From contig JBHLRZ010000005.1 of assembly GCA_048882045.1 (NCBI GenBank), positions 65,223 to 119,172 on the forward strand: a DNA stretch of 53,950 nt, in the 5' to 3' direction. This DNA comes from Candidatus Thorarchaeota archaeon. Its GTDB lineage: Archaea > Asgardarchaeota > Thorarchaeia > Thorarchaeales > Thorarchaeaceae. This document shows positions 18,073 through 28,080 of this stretch, in pieces (the stretch's first letter is position 1; each line of letters begins with the position of its first letter). The position numbers and the translations under genes are program-made. The notes under the pieces are model-generated. The model did no database searches and was not told the DNA's origin. It saw only the letters and a list, made by a program, of their open reading frames with translations.

Positions 18073-19332
18073 ATGATAGATGATGGTCCAAGCGCATCCG
18101 AAGAAATCGGACGTTTAATCGACAAAGGTTCGAAACCTGGTCGACTTGGACTAAGTCCTAATCTATGGAGGTTGGCAGCAGTCATTGCGATTGCTCAGTT
18201 TGCCACAGCACTTTGGAAGTGGGAGTTTGGTATCTTTCTCGAAGGATTTCTAGAGCCATGGCAGATTGGTCTTGTCTTCTCCATAGCTACCTTCACGGGT
18301 CTGATTGGGAGTGTGGGATCTGGTTACATTGCAGATTTCATTGGGCGTAAGTGGACCATTTCAATAGGTTTCCTCCCAATAGTGATTGGACTCCTTGCCA
18401 TGTCCATCTTCCCAATATGGCCGTATGTAGCCATTCAATATGGTCTTGTATGGTTTGGGATGAGTACTGCAAGACTCATGGCTAGAGCCATTCCAGCTGA
18501 TGAGATTGCTGCTGATGATGGAGCAAATCCTGCCCGCAGACTCATGATGGTTATGATGCCCCTTTGGTTCGTTGATGCACTTGGTCCAACAGTTGGAGCA
18601 TTCCTACTCAGCTCAGGATATCAGTCAGGAAATCTACACTTCATTGGTTCTTTCTGTGCTTTCATCACTTTCCTCTCTTCAGTCATACTCCTGAAAGAAT
18701 CACTAGGAACTGAAGTTATCAATAAAGCTCGTTCTGGTCCCAAGATATCTCTAAGAAAATTCGGTCGAAGCTTCTGGCTTCTCGCTTTTGGTATGATCGG
18801 ATTTGTTTTCTCATGGGCAGGTTCGATTCCATTCATAGGAAATCTCAGCGTCGGACCATGGGGAGTTGATACCGTTACCTACGGGTTGACATGGAGCCTC
18901 TTCTCTCTCACTAGTGCTCTCTTTATGTATCCCGGAAGTACCCTTGCTGACAGAAACTTGAAAGTGACTCTTCTCGCTGGTGTACTTGGAAATGCTATCA
19001 TTCTTCTCTGGTTTAGTGTTGGAAGTGGGGCGTTTTGGTTGTATGTCATCAATTTCGCGTGGGCAATACCATTTGTTCTCTGGACAGGATCAGTCAAGAG
19101 CATTATTGTGCTGGTCGTATCTGAAGAAGTGAAGGGACGCGCTCTTGGAACTTATGACCTTCTGATGGGTGTTGTTTCAATGATAGGCCAATTTGTTGGA
19201 GCAACAATCTGGGAGATTTCTGGAAGCCTTAGAGTCGTCTATGGAGTAGCTGGACTGGTCGCACTTATTACATCGGTCCTTGTGTTCATTCTCCTTCGGT
19301 TCATACACATTCCTGAAAATAGAAAAAATTAA
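18073..19332 (+). CDS. MFS transporter
   Basis: About 12 TM, motif A GYIADFIGRK, and EEVKGRALG. Confidence 0.9.
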   Translation: MIDDGPSASEEIGRLIDKGSKPGRLGLSPNLWRLAAVIAIAQFATALWKWEFGIFLEGFLEPWQIGLVFSIATFTGLIGSVGSGYIADFIGRKWTISIGFLPIVIGLLAMSIFPIWPYVAIQYGLVWFGMSTARLMARAIPADEIAADDGANPARRLMMVMMPLWFVDALGPTVGAFLLSSGYQSGNLHFIGSFCAFITFLSSVILLKESLGTEVINKARSGPKISLRKFGRSFWLLAFGMIGFVFSWAGSIPFIGNLSVGPWGVDTVTYGLTWSLFSLTSALFMYPGSTLADRNLKVTLLAGVLGNAIILLWFSVGSGAFWLYVINFAWAIPFVLWTGSVKSIIVLVVSEEVKGRALGTYDLLMGVVSMIGQFVGATIWEISGSLRVVYGVAGLVALITSVLVFILLRFIHIPENRKN

Positions 19333-19355
19333 TCCCCTCGATTGATATTTAAGTG

Positions 19356-19383
19356 AGTAGAAGTCTACTGCGTAGAAATCTAC
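19356..19383. promoter_or_regulatory. Tandem palindromic operator downstream of the TATA box of the padR operon
   Basis: AGTAGA-AG-TCTACT (19356-19369) and GTAGA-AA-TCTAC (19372-19383) with 15-bp period, directly after TATTTAAG (19346-19353). Confidence 0.7.
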
Positions 19384-19398
19384 TTAGTGTTGTTGGAT

Positions 19399-19941
19399 AT
19401 GAAAAAACAGGTTAAGTTGTTCTTACCGACCCCAGAAAGGATAACTCCGATACAAGTAATCATTTTGATCCAACTGCTTGATACATCAAAATATGGTTAC
19501 GAAATTCTACGGAATCTGCGCGAAGCGTTTCAGGGAGCGTGGGAACCCAAGACTGGAACTATCTATCCAACACTCCAAGCTCTAGAGAAGAAAGGTTTTG
19601 TTTCAAGGAAAAGCAAAGAAGGGCAGATTCACTACAATCTCACAAAACAAGGTAGGGAGAAGCTAAGGGAGATGAGTGACTATGTTGCAGACTATCTCTC
19701 GTTTAATTCCAAGTTCATTGAATCAACTGTAGATAACATGCCCCCGAAATTCACACAGGAGGTTTTCACCAAGATTCACCTAGCAGGGATTGATGAGATT
19801 CTTCCTGAAGCAACCATTCTAGAGGCAATCAGCGAGCTATCTGATAATGAACTAAAGAGGACATTCCTTGAAACTCGAAAGACAATCCTTCAAAGAAAAT
19901 TGAAACTCGTCAAGAAGCATTTGAATGATTTAGAAATTTGA
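19399..19941 (+). CDS. PadR-family transcriptional regulator
   Basis: KYGYEIL, WEPKTGTIYPTLQALEKKG and YNLTKQG. ATG at 19399 preferred. Confidence 0.9.
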   Translation: MKKQVKLFLPTPERITPIQVIILIQLLDTSKYGYEILRNLREAFQGAWEPKTGTIYPTLQALEKKGFVSRKSKEGQIHYNLTKQGREKLREMSDYVADYLSFNSKFIESTVDNMPPKFTQEVFTKIHLAGIDEILPEATILEAISELSDNELKRTFLETRKTILQRKLKLVKKHLNDLEI

Positions 19942-19950
19942 GGTGTACTG

Positions 19951-21354
19951 ATGACGGAATATGATATTGTGGTCGTTGGTGCTGGTCCAGGCGGATCAAC
20001 TGCTGCAAGAGAAGCGGCAGAAAAGGGGTTCAAGACTATCTTCTTTGAGCGTGGAAGGACTCCAGGTGAGAAGAACTCGTCTGGTTGCGGTCTTGGTCCA
20101 CGATTGTGGCGAGAATTCGATTTCATGAAGGAGATCAACTCTGAGGATTGTCCATCAATACGAGAGGGACGTGCTGCCCGAAATTACATGGTGGATAGTG
20201 AGGGGAAAGTAACTGGTTACATCATGACAACACCTACGTCTTCAGTCGAATATGAACCAGCAAAAAGCTGGATCACTCTGAACTGCTATAGAAGTGATTT
20301 TGATCCTTGGCTAGCCAAACTTGCCATCGATGCAGGAGCTGAGTTAAAGACCTCTACTTTAGTCACTGGCCTCTTGAAAGAGGATGGCAAGGTAGTCGGA
20401 GTTATTGATGAGAAAGGTGAGAAGTACAAGGGTTTCGTCATCGGTGCAGATGGGGCAGTTTCCATGGTAGCTCGACAATCCGGATTGCGCCAGAAATGGG
20501 GGCAGAAACAGGTGACCTTGACCCTCCAGTATGACTTTGAATGTTCAGCATCAAAGATAGATGATGTGATGGGTGATGAAGCATTGGCAGTCTGGTGGTC
20601 TGCAACCTTTCCTGCGGCATATCAGGTGTTCTTCAATTCTAGTTTCCATATTGGCTTTGGAAACTGGATGACTTGGTGGGACAAGAATCCAGTCCACTAT
20701 CTGAACAAGGTTGTCAAACTGGATTATTTCCAGCGATTGATCAGAGTTCTCGACGCCAAACCCCGAGAGTTTCAAGCTCATCTTCTACCATGGATGGGAA
20801 TGCCAGAGAACACTCACACTGACAATGTTATTTTGATTGGAGATGCAGGTGGATTCCCATGTCCACTTGAGGCTGAGGGCATCTATCCTGCAATGGTGAC
20901 TGGAAAAGCTGCGATTGACACAGCCGCTGAGGCGATAGCCGCAGGCGATACTTCGAAGGAATTCCTCTCACTTTACGATGATAAATGGATGGCCACGTCC
21001 GTTGGAGAGGACTTCAAGTCCGGACCTGAACTTCAGAGCATCTGGATGGCACTTCCGTTCAGTCCTAGAAAATCCATGTCTTGGTTTGTCCCGTTGTTCA
21101 TGGAGATTCTAGGCGGAATCATTGATTGGTCTGAGGCTCACCCTGTGAGAATTCGACAGGTTGCACGAACTATCAGAAAGTATCTACCTCAACTGGTGCC
21201 ATTCATGATGAGAGAGGTGATTCCTCTTCTGACTTCGGTACTGGGTGAGAGTAGGATGGATATGTTGACAGATCCTGAGAAACTACTTACTGAGATGCCA
21301 GAGATTGAGGAAGCTCTAGCACTGGCTTTCATGCCTGATGAGGAGGAGGAGTGA
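19951..21354 (+). CDS. FAD-dependent oxidoreductase, FixC / geranylgeranyl-reductase family
   Basis: YDIVVVGAGPGG, ERGRTPGEKN, RSDFDPWLA, GADG, LIGDAGG and EGIYPAM. GAGGTG RBS. Confidence 0.9.
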   Translation: MTEYDIVVVGAGPGGSTAAREAAEKGFKTIFFERGRTPGEKNSSGCGLGPRLWREFDFMKEINSEDCPSIREGRAARNYMVDSEGKVTGYIMTTPTSSVEYEPAKSWITLNCYRSDFDPWLAKLAIDAGAELKTSTLVTGLLKEDGKVVGVIDEKGEKYKGFVIGADGAVSMVARQSGLRQKWGQKQVTLTLQYDFECSASKIDDVMGDEALAVWWSATFPAAYQVFFNSSFHIGFGNWMTWWDKNPVHYLNKVVKLDYFQRLIRVLDAKPREFQAHLLPWMGMPENTHTDNVILIGDAGGFPCPLEAEGIYPAMVTGKAAIDTAAEAIAAGDTSKEFLSLYDDKWMATSVGEDFKSGPELQSIWMALPFSPRKSMSWFVPLFMEILGGIIDWSEAHPVRIRQVARTIRKYLPQLVPFMMREVIPLLTSVLGESRMDMLTDPEKLLTEMPEIEEALALAFMPDEEEE

Positions 21355-21629
21355 AGCAGATGAAGATAGACCACAAGGCACTTTCTAAACGAATACTGGG
21401 AACAGGCGACTTCATCAGCATTGACAATGACAAGTGCACTCTCTGTGATCGTTGCCTCATCATCTGTGTGATGAATCTCTGGAAGAAACGTGATGATACA
21501 GTGTACATCGTTAACGACTATACCTCACAATGTCTTGAGTGCGGAGCATGTGCCCAAGTGTGTGAGAGTGAAGCAATATCATTTAGATTCCCTGCTGGAG
21601 GAACTGGGATAGTCATCGAGCAGGGCTAG
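21351..21629 (+). CDS. 2x[4Fe-4S] ferredoxin, FixX-like
   Basis: CTLCDRCLIIC and CLECGACAQVC, with the FixX-like tail FPAGGTGIVIEQG. Overlaps the upstream stop (GTGA). Confidence 0.9.
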   Translation: MKQMKIDHKALSKRILGTGDFISIDNDKCTLCDRCLIICVMNLWKKRDDTVYIVNDYTSQCLECGACAQVCESEAISFRFPAGGTGIVIEQG

Positions 21630-21651
21630 CAGTGACATAACAAGGAAGCGA

Positions 21652-23094
21652 ATGACAAACATGATAGCAGCGGTGACCAAGATCGTTGGAGACGATAGAG
21701 TCTCCAATGACAAGAAGATACTGGAGAATTACTCTGGAGACCTCTCTCCCTCATTAGTAGTCTGGCCAATGTCAACTGATGAAGTAGTCAAGATAGTGAT
21801 ATGGGCTAATTCAAACTCAGTGCCACTTGTTCCTTTAAGCTCAGGTGGACCTCGACGTCGAGGTTCATCTTTACCAAAAACGGAGAATTCTGTGATTGTT
21901 GACCTAAGTAAGATGAACAAAATACTCCGAATCGATACTAAGAACAAGGTTGTGATGATCGAACCTGGAGTCACCTTTGGACAGTTGATCCCAGAACTCA
22001 AGAAGAATGGGCTTAGACCATTGATGCCATTCCTACCCAAAGATACCAAGTCTGTTCTTGCTAGTTGTCTTGACAGAGAACCTACAACAATTCCCCGTTT
22101 TCATTGGGATCTCTCTGATCCACTCCTATGCACAGAAACTGTTTTTGGGTCTGGTGAGATCCTTCGGACTGGCTCAGCGGCAGGACCAGGCTCTTTGGAG
22201 GAACAATGGGCATCTGGACAGGCTCAGAAAAATCCACAGGGTCCCTCCCAGTTTGATCCATTCCGTATCATTCAAGGTTCTCAAGGGACAATTGGTATCA
22301 CTACCTGGATTTCAATGAAGTGTGAACTGCTACCGGAATTCCGTAATTTCTATCTCGCAGGAGCAGAAAGCCTGACTGAGTTTGAGGACTTCAATTATGC
22401 CCTACTTAGACGAAGGCTTGTTGATGAGCATTTCATGATCAATTCAAATGCGTTATCAGCTGCCTTGCATATTCCTAAAAACGTGCCAGAGTGGATTCTT
22501 GTGATCGGTATATCTGGGCACGGAATTCTAGCTGAGGATGAACTCGAGTATCGTACCAATGATACTATGGACATTGCTGCAGAGTTTAACGTCGAGATCA
22601 ACAGTACTGTTGGTGATCTCAGAGATGAGGATCTGAAGTTTTTACTTGATAGACCTAGTGGACCAAACTATTGGAAATATGCTCCTAGAGGCATCTGCAG
22701 GGAGGTCATCTTTACTACAACTCTAGATCAGGTTGAACCACTATTCTTGAGCTTCAATGATGTCGCTGATCAGGTGGGATTCCCACAGGAACAGATTGGT
22801 GCGTACGTCCAGCCTGTTGTGCAGGGGACATCCACCCACTGCGGATTTGATCTGTATGCGGATCCCTCAGATGCTGATGAGGCAGAATCTCTCAACGCTC
22901 TTCTGAGAGAAGGCAGAATAAAACTGCTTGGTGAAGGAGCCTTCTTCAATCGACCCTATGGCAGTATCACAGAAGCAGTATTTGAAAAGACATCAACAGA
23001 GATGGTTAGTGCAATTCAGAATGTCAAAAGAATCTTCGATCCCAACAATATTCTGAACCCTGGAACACTCTGCTTCAAGGAGGTGCCAAAATGA
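21652..23094 (+). CDS. FAD-binding oxidoreductase, VAO/PCMH/GlcD superfamily
   Basis: VVWPMSTDEV, IVDLSKMNKIL, IEPGVTFGQL, GSQGTIGITT and a C-terminal KRIFDPNNILNPG. Confidence 0.9.
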   Translation: MTNMIAAVTKIVGDDRVSNDKKILENYSGDLSPSLVVWPMSTDEVVKIVIWANSNSVPLVPLSSGGPRRRGSSLPKTENSVIVDLSKMNKILRIDTKNKVVMIEPGVTFGQLIPELKKNGLRPLMPFLPKDTKSVLASCLDREPTTIPRFHWDLSDPLLCTETVFGSGEILRTGSAAGPGSLEEQWASGQAQKNPQGPSQFDPFRIIQGSQGTIGITTWISMKCELLPEFRNFYLAGAESLTEFEDFNYALLRRRLVDEHFMINSNALSAALHIPKNVPEWILVIGISGHGILAEDELEYRTNDTMDIAAEFNVEINSTVGDLRDEDLKFLLDRPSGPNYWKYAPRGICREVIFTTTLDQVEPLFLSFNDVADQVGFPQEQIGAYVQPVVQGTSTHCGFDLYADPSDADEAESLNALLREGRIKLLGEGAFFNRPYGSITEAVFEKTSTEMVSAIQNVKRIFDPNNILNPGTLCFKEVPK

Positions 23095-24362
23095 CTTTGG
23101 ACCAATTTGAAGAGATGATGGATAGCTGTGTTCGCTGTTCGAAATGCAAGTACATACCGCAGATAGCGATCAAGAGTCAGAGGTTCTCCCATATCTGCCC
23201 ATCCATACAGTACTATAATTTTCACGCATACTCGGGTGGTGGGAGAATGATCATGGCAAGCGCGTATCACAAAGGCCGGATTGAATGGACCCCTGAAATG
23301 CTTGATATACTCTACCAGTGTACAAACTGTGGTGGTTGTGAGGTTTCCTGCAAATGGGTCTATGATTTCGAACCGAATGAGGTCATCCATGAGCTTCGTG
23401 TTCAGGCAGTTGAGTCTGGTGTTGGACCCATGCCTGCACATAAGAAGTACATCGACCTTGTCAAGCGAAGCAACAATCCATATGGTGAGCCTATAGAGAA
23501 AAGGTCAGATTGGCTTACTGACCATATTGAGATTGATCGAGATTCAAGCACCCTCTATTTTGTTGGATGTACTGCAGCTCTCCGGAGAGAGGAGATAGCA
23601 CTCAGTACAGCGACAATTCTGAATGCAGCAAATGAACCGTTCAGAATACTTGGTACTGATGAGATTTGCTGTGGTAGCCCTGTGTATCGAGTTGGTGATA
23701 GGAAGACAGCGTTAGACATCATGGAACGCAATGTGTCACTCTTCAAGGAGCAGGGAGTGAAGAAGATAATCACAAGTTGTTCTGGATGCTTCAACATGTT
23801 AAAGACAGAGTATCCCCGTTATGTCGAACATAACTTCGAGGTGATTCATACCTCACAGCTTTTAGCTCAGCTCCTGAAAGATGGTCGATTAAAGCCGACC
23901 AATGAAACTCCACTCAAGGTCACATTTCATGATCCCTGTCATCTTGGAAGAATGTCAGAACCATACGAACCCTATGATGGTGAGAAAGTTGAGCTTCTCT
24001 CCCAGGTCTATATCTGGGATCCGCCTAAACCATTAAGACAGGGAACACTTGGTGTCTATGACGCACCACGCGAGGTGTTGAAACACATCCCCGGCGTAGA
24101 GCTTATTGAGATGGAACGAATCCGAGAATACTCCTACTGTTGTGGTGCAGGAGCAGGATGCAAGTCTGCTTACCCCGATTTCGCACTTTTTGCTTCAAAT
24201 GAACGAGTCATAGAGGCAGAGAGCACTGGTGCAGATACACTAGTATCAGCCTGCCCATTTTGTAAGACCAGTCTACAGGAAGCACTGAATCAAAGAGAGA
24301 GTCCAATGGACTTCCTAGACCTGACACAACTTGTGTTAAGGAGTCTAGGAGGGGGTGAGTAA
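23091..24362 (+). CDS. Fe-S oxidoreductase, HdrD/GlcF/GlpC family (4Fe-4S dicluster plus two CCG domains)
   Basis: CVRCSKC, CTNCGGCEVSC, YFVGC, EICCG, SCSGC, FHDPCHLGR, YCCGAG and ACPFC. Confidence 0.9.
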   Translation: MTLDQFEEMMDSCVRCSKCKYIPQIAIKSQRFSHICPSIQYYNFHAYSGGGRMIMASAYHKGRIEWTPEMLDILYQCTNCGGCEVSCKWVYDFEPNEVIHELRVQAVESGVGPMPAHKKYIDLVKRSNNPYGEPIEKRSDWLTDHIEIDRDSSTLYFVGCTAALRREEIALSTATILNAANEPFRILGTDEICCGSPVYRVGDRKTALDIMERNVSLFKEQGVKKIITSCSGCFNMLKTEYPRYVEHNFEVIHTSQLLAQLLKDGRLKPTNETPLKVTFHDPCHLGRMSEPYEPYDGEKVELLSQVYIWDPPKPLRQGTLGVYDAPREVLKHIPGVELIEMERIREYSYCCGAGAGCKSAYPDFALFASNERVIEAESTGADTLVSACPFCKTSLQEALNQRESPMDFLDLTQLVLRSLGGGE

Positions 24363-25943
24363 ATGTTGGAAGACAATGTCTACAAGAAGCTAGGTGGGAC
24401 TGTCGGTGAGCGATTCATCACTCGAGCTCCTGCCATATTGGACACCTATGCATTTCAGTGGGGTTATGAAATCGAAAGTGTGCAGAGGGGTGAAGAACCT
24501 TCGAGATTCGGAATCAGACCTGCGGCTGTGGTTCTTCCTAAAACAGCTGAAGAGGTCCAAGCTATCGTAAGGATTTGTAACGAGCATGAAATCACCTTCA
24601 AAGCCTTCAGCACTGGTATGGGCCCTTGGGCTGGTGTATCTCATCCAAGGTCAATCCAGATTGACCTCAGACGGATGAATCGCATCATTGAGGTTGACGA
24701 CAAGAATATGTATGCAGTAATTGAACCCTATGTCACAAATGCAGAGTTACAGTCTGAACTTTTCAAGTACGGTCTGATGCACCACGCACAAGGTGCTGGA
24801 CCTCAGACATCTCCACTAGCAAGTCACACAGCATTTGTTGGCCCCGGATTCACCTCACCGTACACAGGATTCTCAGGTAGAAACCTACTTGGTGTTGAGT
24901 GGGTCATGCCTAATGGAGAACTGCTACGTATTGGTTCCTATGAACAAACGGGCAAGTGGTTTAGTGGAGATGGACCGGGTTTCAGTATGCGCGGGATTAT
25001 CCGAGGCTGGATGGGGTCATATGGTGGCTTAGGTGTTTTCACCAAGGCTGCAATAAAGCTCTACTCATGGCCTGCTCCAAAAGACTTCAAGTGGGAGATC
25101 AGTGGAACTGTACCTCATTATAACTGGAAGGTCCCTCCATACTGGAAGATGTTCGTTCTGAACTTTCCAGAGTGGGAGCAGTTCGAACCAGCATTCTATG
25201 AGGTGAATGACCACGATGCGGTGATGATGGCTACCTGTTCCTCCGCTGAAGGATTGGCTGGTCTCTTTACAGACACAAAAATGGAGGCCATCGAGGTCAT
25301 CTTTGGCGGAGTTTTACTCCGTGCGCAGAGGCTCTTCATAACCCTGGTAACAGCTCACACTGAGAGAGAATTCAACTATCGATGTAGGCTCATAAAGGCA
25401 ATCACGGAAAAGCATGGAGGAACCGATTTGATTGAGGATGGAATCATTGCTCCACGTGATTCTCATTATGCAGAGTCTGTCAGAAACATGCTCGGAGGGC
25501 ATGCATTTAGATTTTCCAACTGTTTTCAAAGCACACATGGCGGCATGGACAGTATCTCTTTGGCAGTGAAGATTGCCAAAGTCAACCAACCAATCAAGTT
25601 CAGGTATATCGAGAAAGGTGTCATTGGGGATGACAGAGGAGAGGGTGTCTGGACAACTGCTTATGAAGGTGGACATACTGCTCACCTTGAAGTTCCCACG
25701 GTCTACAGTGCTGCTTCTGTTGAGTCGTGCAAGGGTTACACTGAATATCAAGATGAGTGCAATGAGGTGGATCTAAGGGAGGCGCTGGGTATGCCTTTCT
25801 TCATTGTCGGTGATAAAGTGCATGACTACTATGGTCCTCGCACAATGAACTATCCAAAATGGCTTCGAAAGATCAAAGCAACATTCGACCCAAAGGGAGT
25901 AGGTGATGCGAGTCATTACATCTCTGCGGGTTCTAAGGAGTAA
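24363..25943 (+). CDS. Second FAD-binding oxidoreductase, VAO/PCMH superfamily
   Basis: VVLPKTAEEVQAIV, FSTGMG, IDLRRMNRII, RNLLGVEWVMPNGE, GGLGVFTK and KIKATFDP. Confidence 0.9.
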   Translation: MLEDNVYKKLGGTVGERFITRAPAILDTYAFQWGYEIESVQRGEEPSRFGIRPAAVVLPKTAEEVQAIVRICNEHEITFKAFSTGMGPWAGVSHPRSIQIDLRRMNRIIEVDDKNMYAVIEPYVTNAELQSELFKYGLMHHAQGAGPQTSPLASHTAFVGPGFTSPYTGFSGRNLLGVEWVMPNGELLRIGSYEQTGKWFSGDGPGFSMRGIIRGWMGSYGGLGVFTKAAIKLYSWPAPKDFKWEISGTVPHYNWKVPPYWKMFVLNFPEWEQFEPAFYEVNDHDAVMMATCSSAEGLAGLFTDTKMEAIEVIFGGVLLRAQRLFITLVTAHTEREFNYRCRLIKAITEKHGGTDLIEDGIIAPRDSHYAESVRNMLGGHAFRFSNCFQSTHGGMDSISLAVKIAKVNQPIKFRYIEKGVIGDDRGEGVWTTAYEGGHTAHLEVPTVYSAASVESCKGYTEYQDECNEVDLREALGMPFFIVGDKVHDYYGPRTMNYPKWLRKIKATFDPKGVGDASHYISAGSKE

Positions 25944-25949
25944 TAAGAC

Positions 25950-27041
25950 ATGGATGAACAAACAAATACTGTAGTAAAAGAAGGTTGGACTGGTCCAGGA
26001 CGACGTGACAGAACAATTCTTCCAATGAAACCTGAAGACGATGCACTACACATTGATGTAGGTGCGAAGAACCAGTTCGAGTGGTGGTATTTTGACGCGA
26101 ATTTAGAAGGAGGCTATACTTTGGTGGCGTTCTTCTACGCCGCATATCCAAACCCAGGCCTTGATACGGGAAAGATTGCTGTAGAACTCACACTCTTGAG
26201 ACCAGATGGTACCAAGACCCAGAAGGTCATCAAATTCAAGAAAACACAATTTTATGCATCGACAGAGGAACCTCACGTCACGATTGGTAACAACACTATG
26301 AAATCAACGTTCAATGATGATGGTCTTCCAATTTATGAGATCTTTCTTGAAGATGAAGATCTGATGTTCGATTTGACCTACAAAGCTGAGGTCAAACCTT
26401 GGATGCCTGGTGATGGCTACTCACACTTTGCAAACCTTGGTTACTTTGCATGGTGTGTTCCACTCCCCAGAGCTTCGGTCACGGGATACATCCGAGATGG
26501 TGATAAGACGCTTGAAGTTTCGGGAGTAGGATATCACGATCATAATTGGCTGGATTTCTCATTCAGTAGTATCATCGAGTATTGGATGTGGGGCCGTGTT
26601 TATTCTAAGAATTACTCTGTTGCCTACGCATTTATTCAATGCAACGAGAAGGTCGATAGGTATGCAGTGAATGTACTCATGGGTGCGAAAGACAATGAAG
26701 TGTTTCTGAGTACTGGTGAATTTGAACTTATACAGGAAGACTTTCAGTACAGTGAGATCGCTGGCCACAGTTTTCCACAATCAATCACCATCAATGTCCC
26801 TGGAGAATTGGAGGTTAAACTCGATGTTGCGAACATCCTCGAGGAGGTGAATATGCTAGATAATTTCAATCCCGTATTAGCATTCATCGCAAAGCACATA
26901 CTCAGGATGAAACCAGGATACTTTAGATTGAGATCTGACTTCACAATGAAAGTAACTCGCGATCAAGTCGAAACAGTAGAGACTGGAAGCACTTCACACG
27001 AAATTGTAACCTTCAAACAATTAGGTAGTTCAAAGGAATAA
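25950..27041 (+). CDS. CrtC/AttH-like lipocalin-fold protein (hydroxyneurosporene synthase / hydratase-like)
   Basis: FEWWYFDA and GVGYHDHNW..YWMWGR motifs typical of CrtC/AttH-like tandem beta-barrel proteins. Confidence 0.75.
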   Translation: MDEQTNTVVKEGWTGPGRRDRTILPMKPEDDALHIDVGAKNQFEWWYFDANLEGGYTLVAFFYAAYPNPGLDTGKIAVELTLLRPDGTKTQKVIKFKKTQFYASTEEPHVTIGNNTMKSTFNDDGLPIYEIFLEDEDLMFDLTYKAEVKPWMPGDGYSHFANLGYFAWCVPLPRASVTGYIRDGDKTLEVSGVGYHDHNWLDFSFSSIIEYWMWGRVYSKNYSVAYAFIQCNEKVDRYAVNVLMGAKDNEVFLSTGEFELIQEDFQYSEIAGHSFPQSITINVPGELEVKLDVANILEEVNMLDNFNPVLAFIAKHILRMKPGYFRLRSDFTMKVTRDQVETVETGSTSHEIVTFKQLGSSKE

Positions 27042-27072
27042 ATCACTCAAATCTGCTGAGTGATACAATTCA

Positions 27073-27603
27073 ATGGATACAATACCTTATCTGGCGACAA
27101 TTCCAACCTCAATACATCTGTTGAGGTCGGAGCACTTGACATACTCGAATAAAGAGTTGAAGAAATATCTGAAGAGTTTGTTGAAAGAAAAGAATGATCT
27201 ATCCACTTTCTCATTCGAATATCTATCGGGACACACTGCGTATCATACACGTCTTAAGATTATAGTAACCTCTGAGAGGATAGTACATAGGAGAATCCGT
27301 AGTGGTGTCCCAGTTGGTGGTCCTGAAGAGGAAAAAGAAGCAGTTGTTCAAGAGCTAGAGTTTTCAGCTGAGAAATTGGTCGCATTCGTAAAAGAACTAA
27401 TCGAGAAGAAGATATGGGATCTCGAGAACTGCACGACACGGGCACTTCCTAATATGGCGTTGTTTACATTTTCGATTCGTAAGAATGATGAAATTGTATT
27501 CAAACAAGAGGTTTGGGAGATCTGTAGAAATGATGACGATAAGACAAGGGAACTAATACGTGTTCTATCAGCATTAATCCCCGAAGAGTTGACTCCCCCA
27601 TAA
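27073..27603 (+). CDS. Hypothetical soluble protein
   Basis: 176-codon ORF filling the gap between same-strand genes. True start may be TTG 27136 (GAGG/GGAG upstream). Confidence 0.7.
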   Translation: MDTIPYLATIPTSIHLLRSEHLTYSNKELKKYLKSLLKEKNDLSTFSFEYLSGHTAYHTRLKIIVTSERIVHRRIRSGVPVGGPEEEKEAVVQELEFSAEKLVAFVKELIEKKIWDLENCTTRALPNMALFTFSIRKNDEIVFKQEVWEICRNDDDKTRELIRVLSALIPEELTPP

Positions 27604-27637
27604 GATGAACAAATCTGCAGAGTAAGGGTGAAGCGCA

Positions 27638-28075
27638 ATGCTGTTTGAACTTAGTCCAATCGGTTCTGTGGAAAAGAAGGATGGAGAAACTGTTCAACTC
27701 CTTATTCACCCGGAATATTGGGATGCAACCATTAGAATTGAGGAGTTCTCGCACCTGCATGTGATCTGGTGGGCTGATGGACTTGACACTCCTGATAATC
27801 GTAAACATCTGAAGGATGTGCCACCTGCAGATGGAGCTGAGATGTCCGGTGTATTTGCAAGTAGGTCTCCATTGAGACCAAACTTGCTATGTCTGTCCAT
27901 TGTCAAGCTGGAAAAAGTGGATAATGACAGAAAGGTCTTGGTAGTTGATCAGATATCAGCAAATGATGGGACTCCGATTCTTGATATCAAACCTTACATG
28001 CCTTCCTCTGACAAGGTAGACGATGCTCAGGTTCCAAAGTGGTTCAGAAATCTGAAGAAGAGGTATACGAAATAA
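27638..28075 (+). CDS. tsaA: TrmO/TsaA (YaeB)-like SAM-binding tRNA m6t6A37 methyltransferase
   Basis: PIGSV, EEFSHLHVIWW, GVFASRSPLRPN and DGTPILDIKPY. Confidence 0.85.
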   Translation: MLFELSPIGSVEKKDGETVQLLIHPEYWDATIRIEEFSHLHVIWWADGLDTPDNRKHLKDVPPADGAEMSGVFASRSPLRPNLLCLSIVKLEKVDNDRKVLVVDQISANDGTPILDIKPYMPSSDKVDDAQVPKWFRNLKKRYTK

Positions 28076-28080
28076 TGGAT

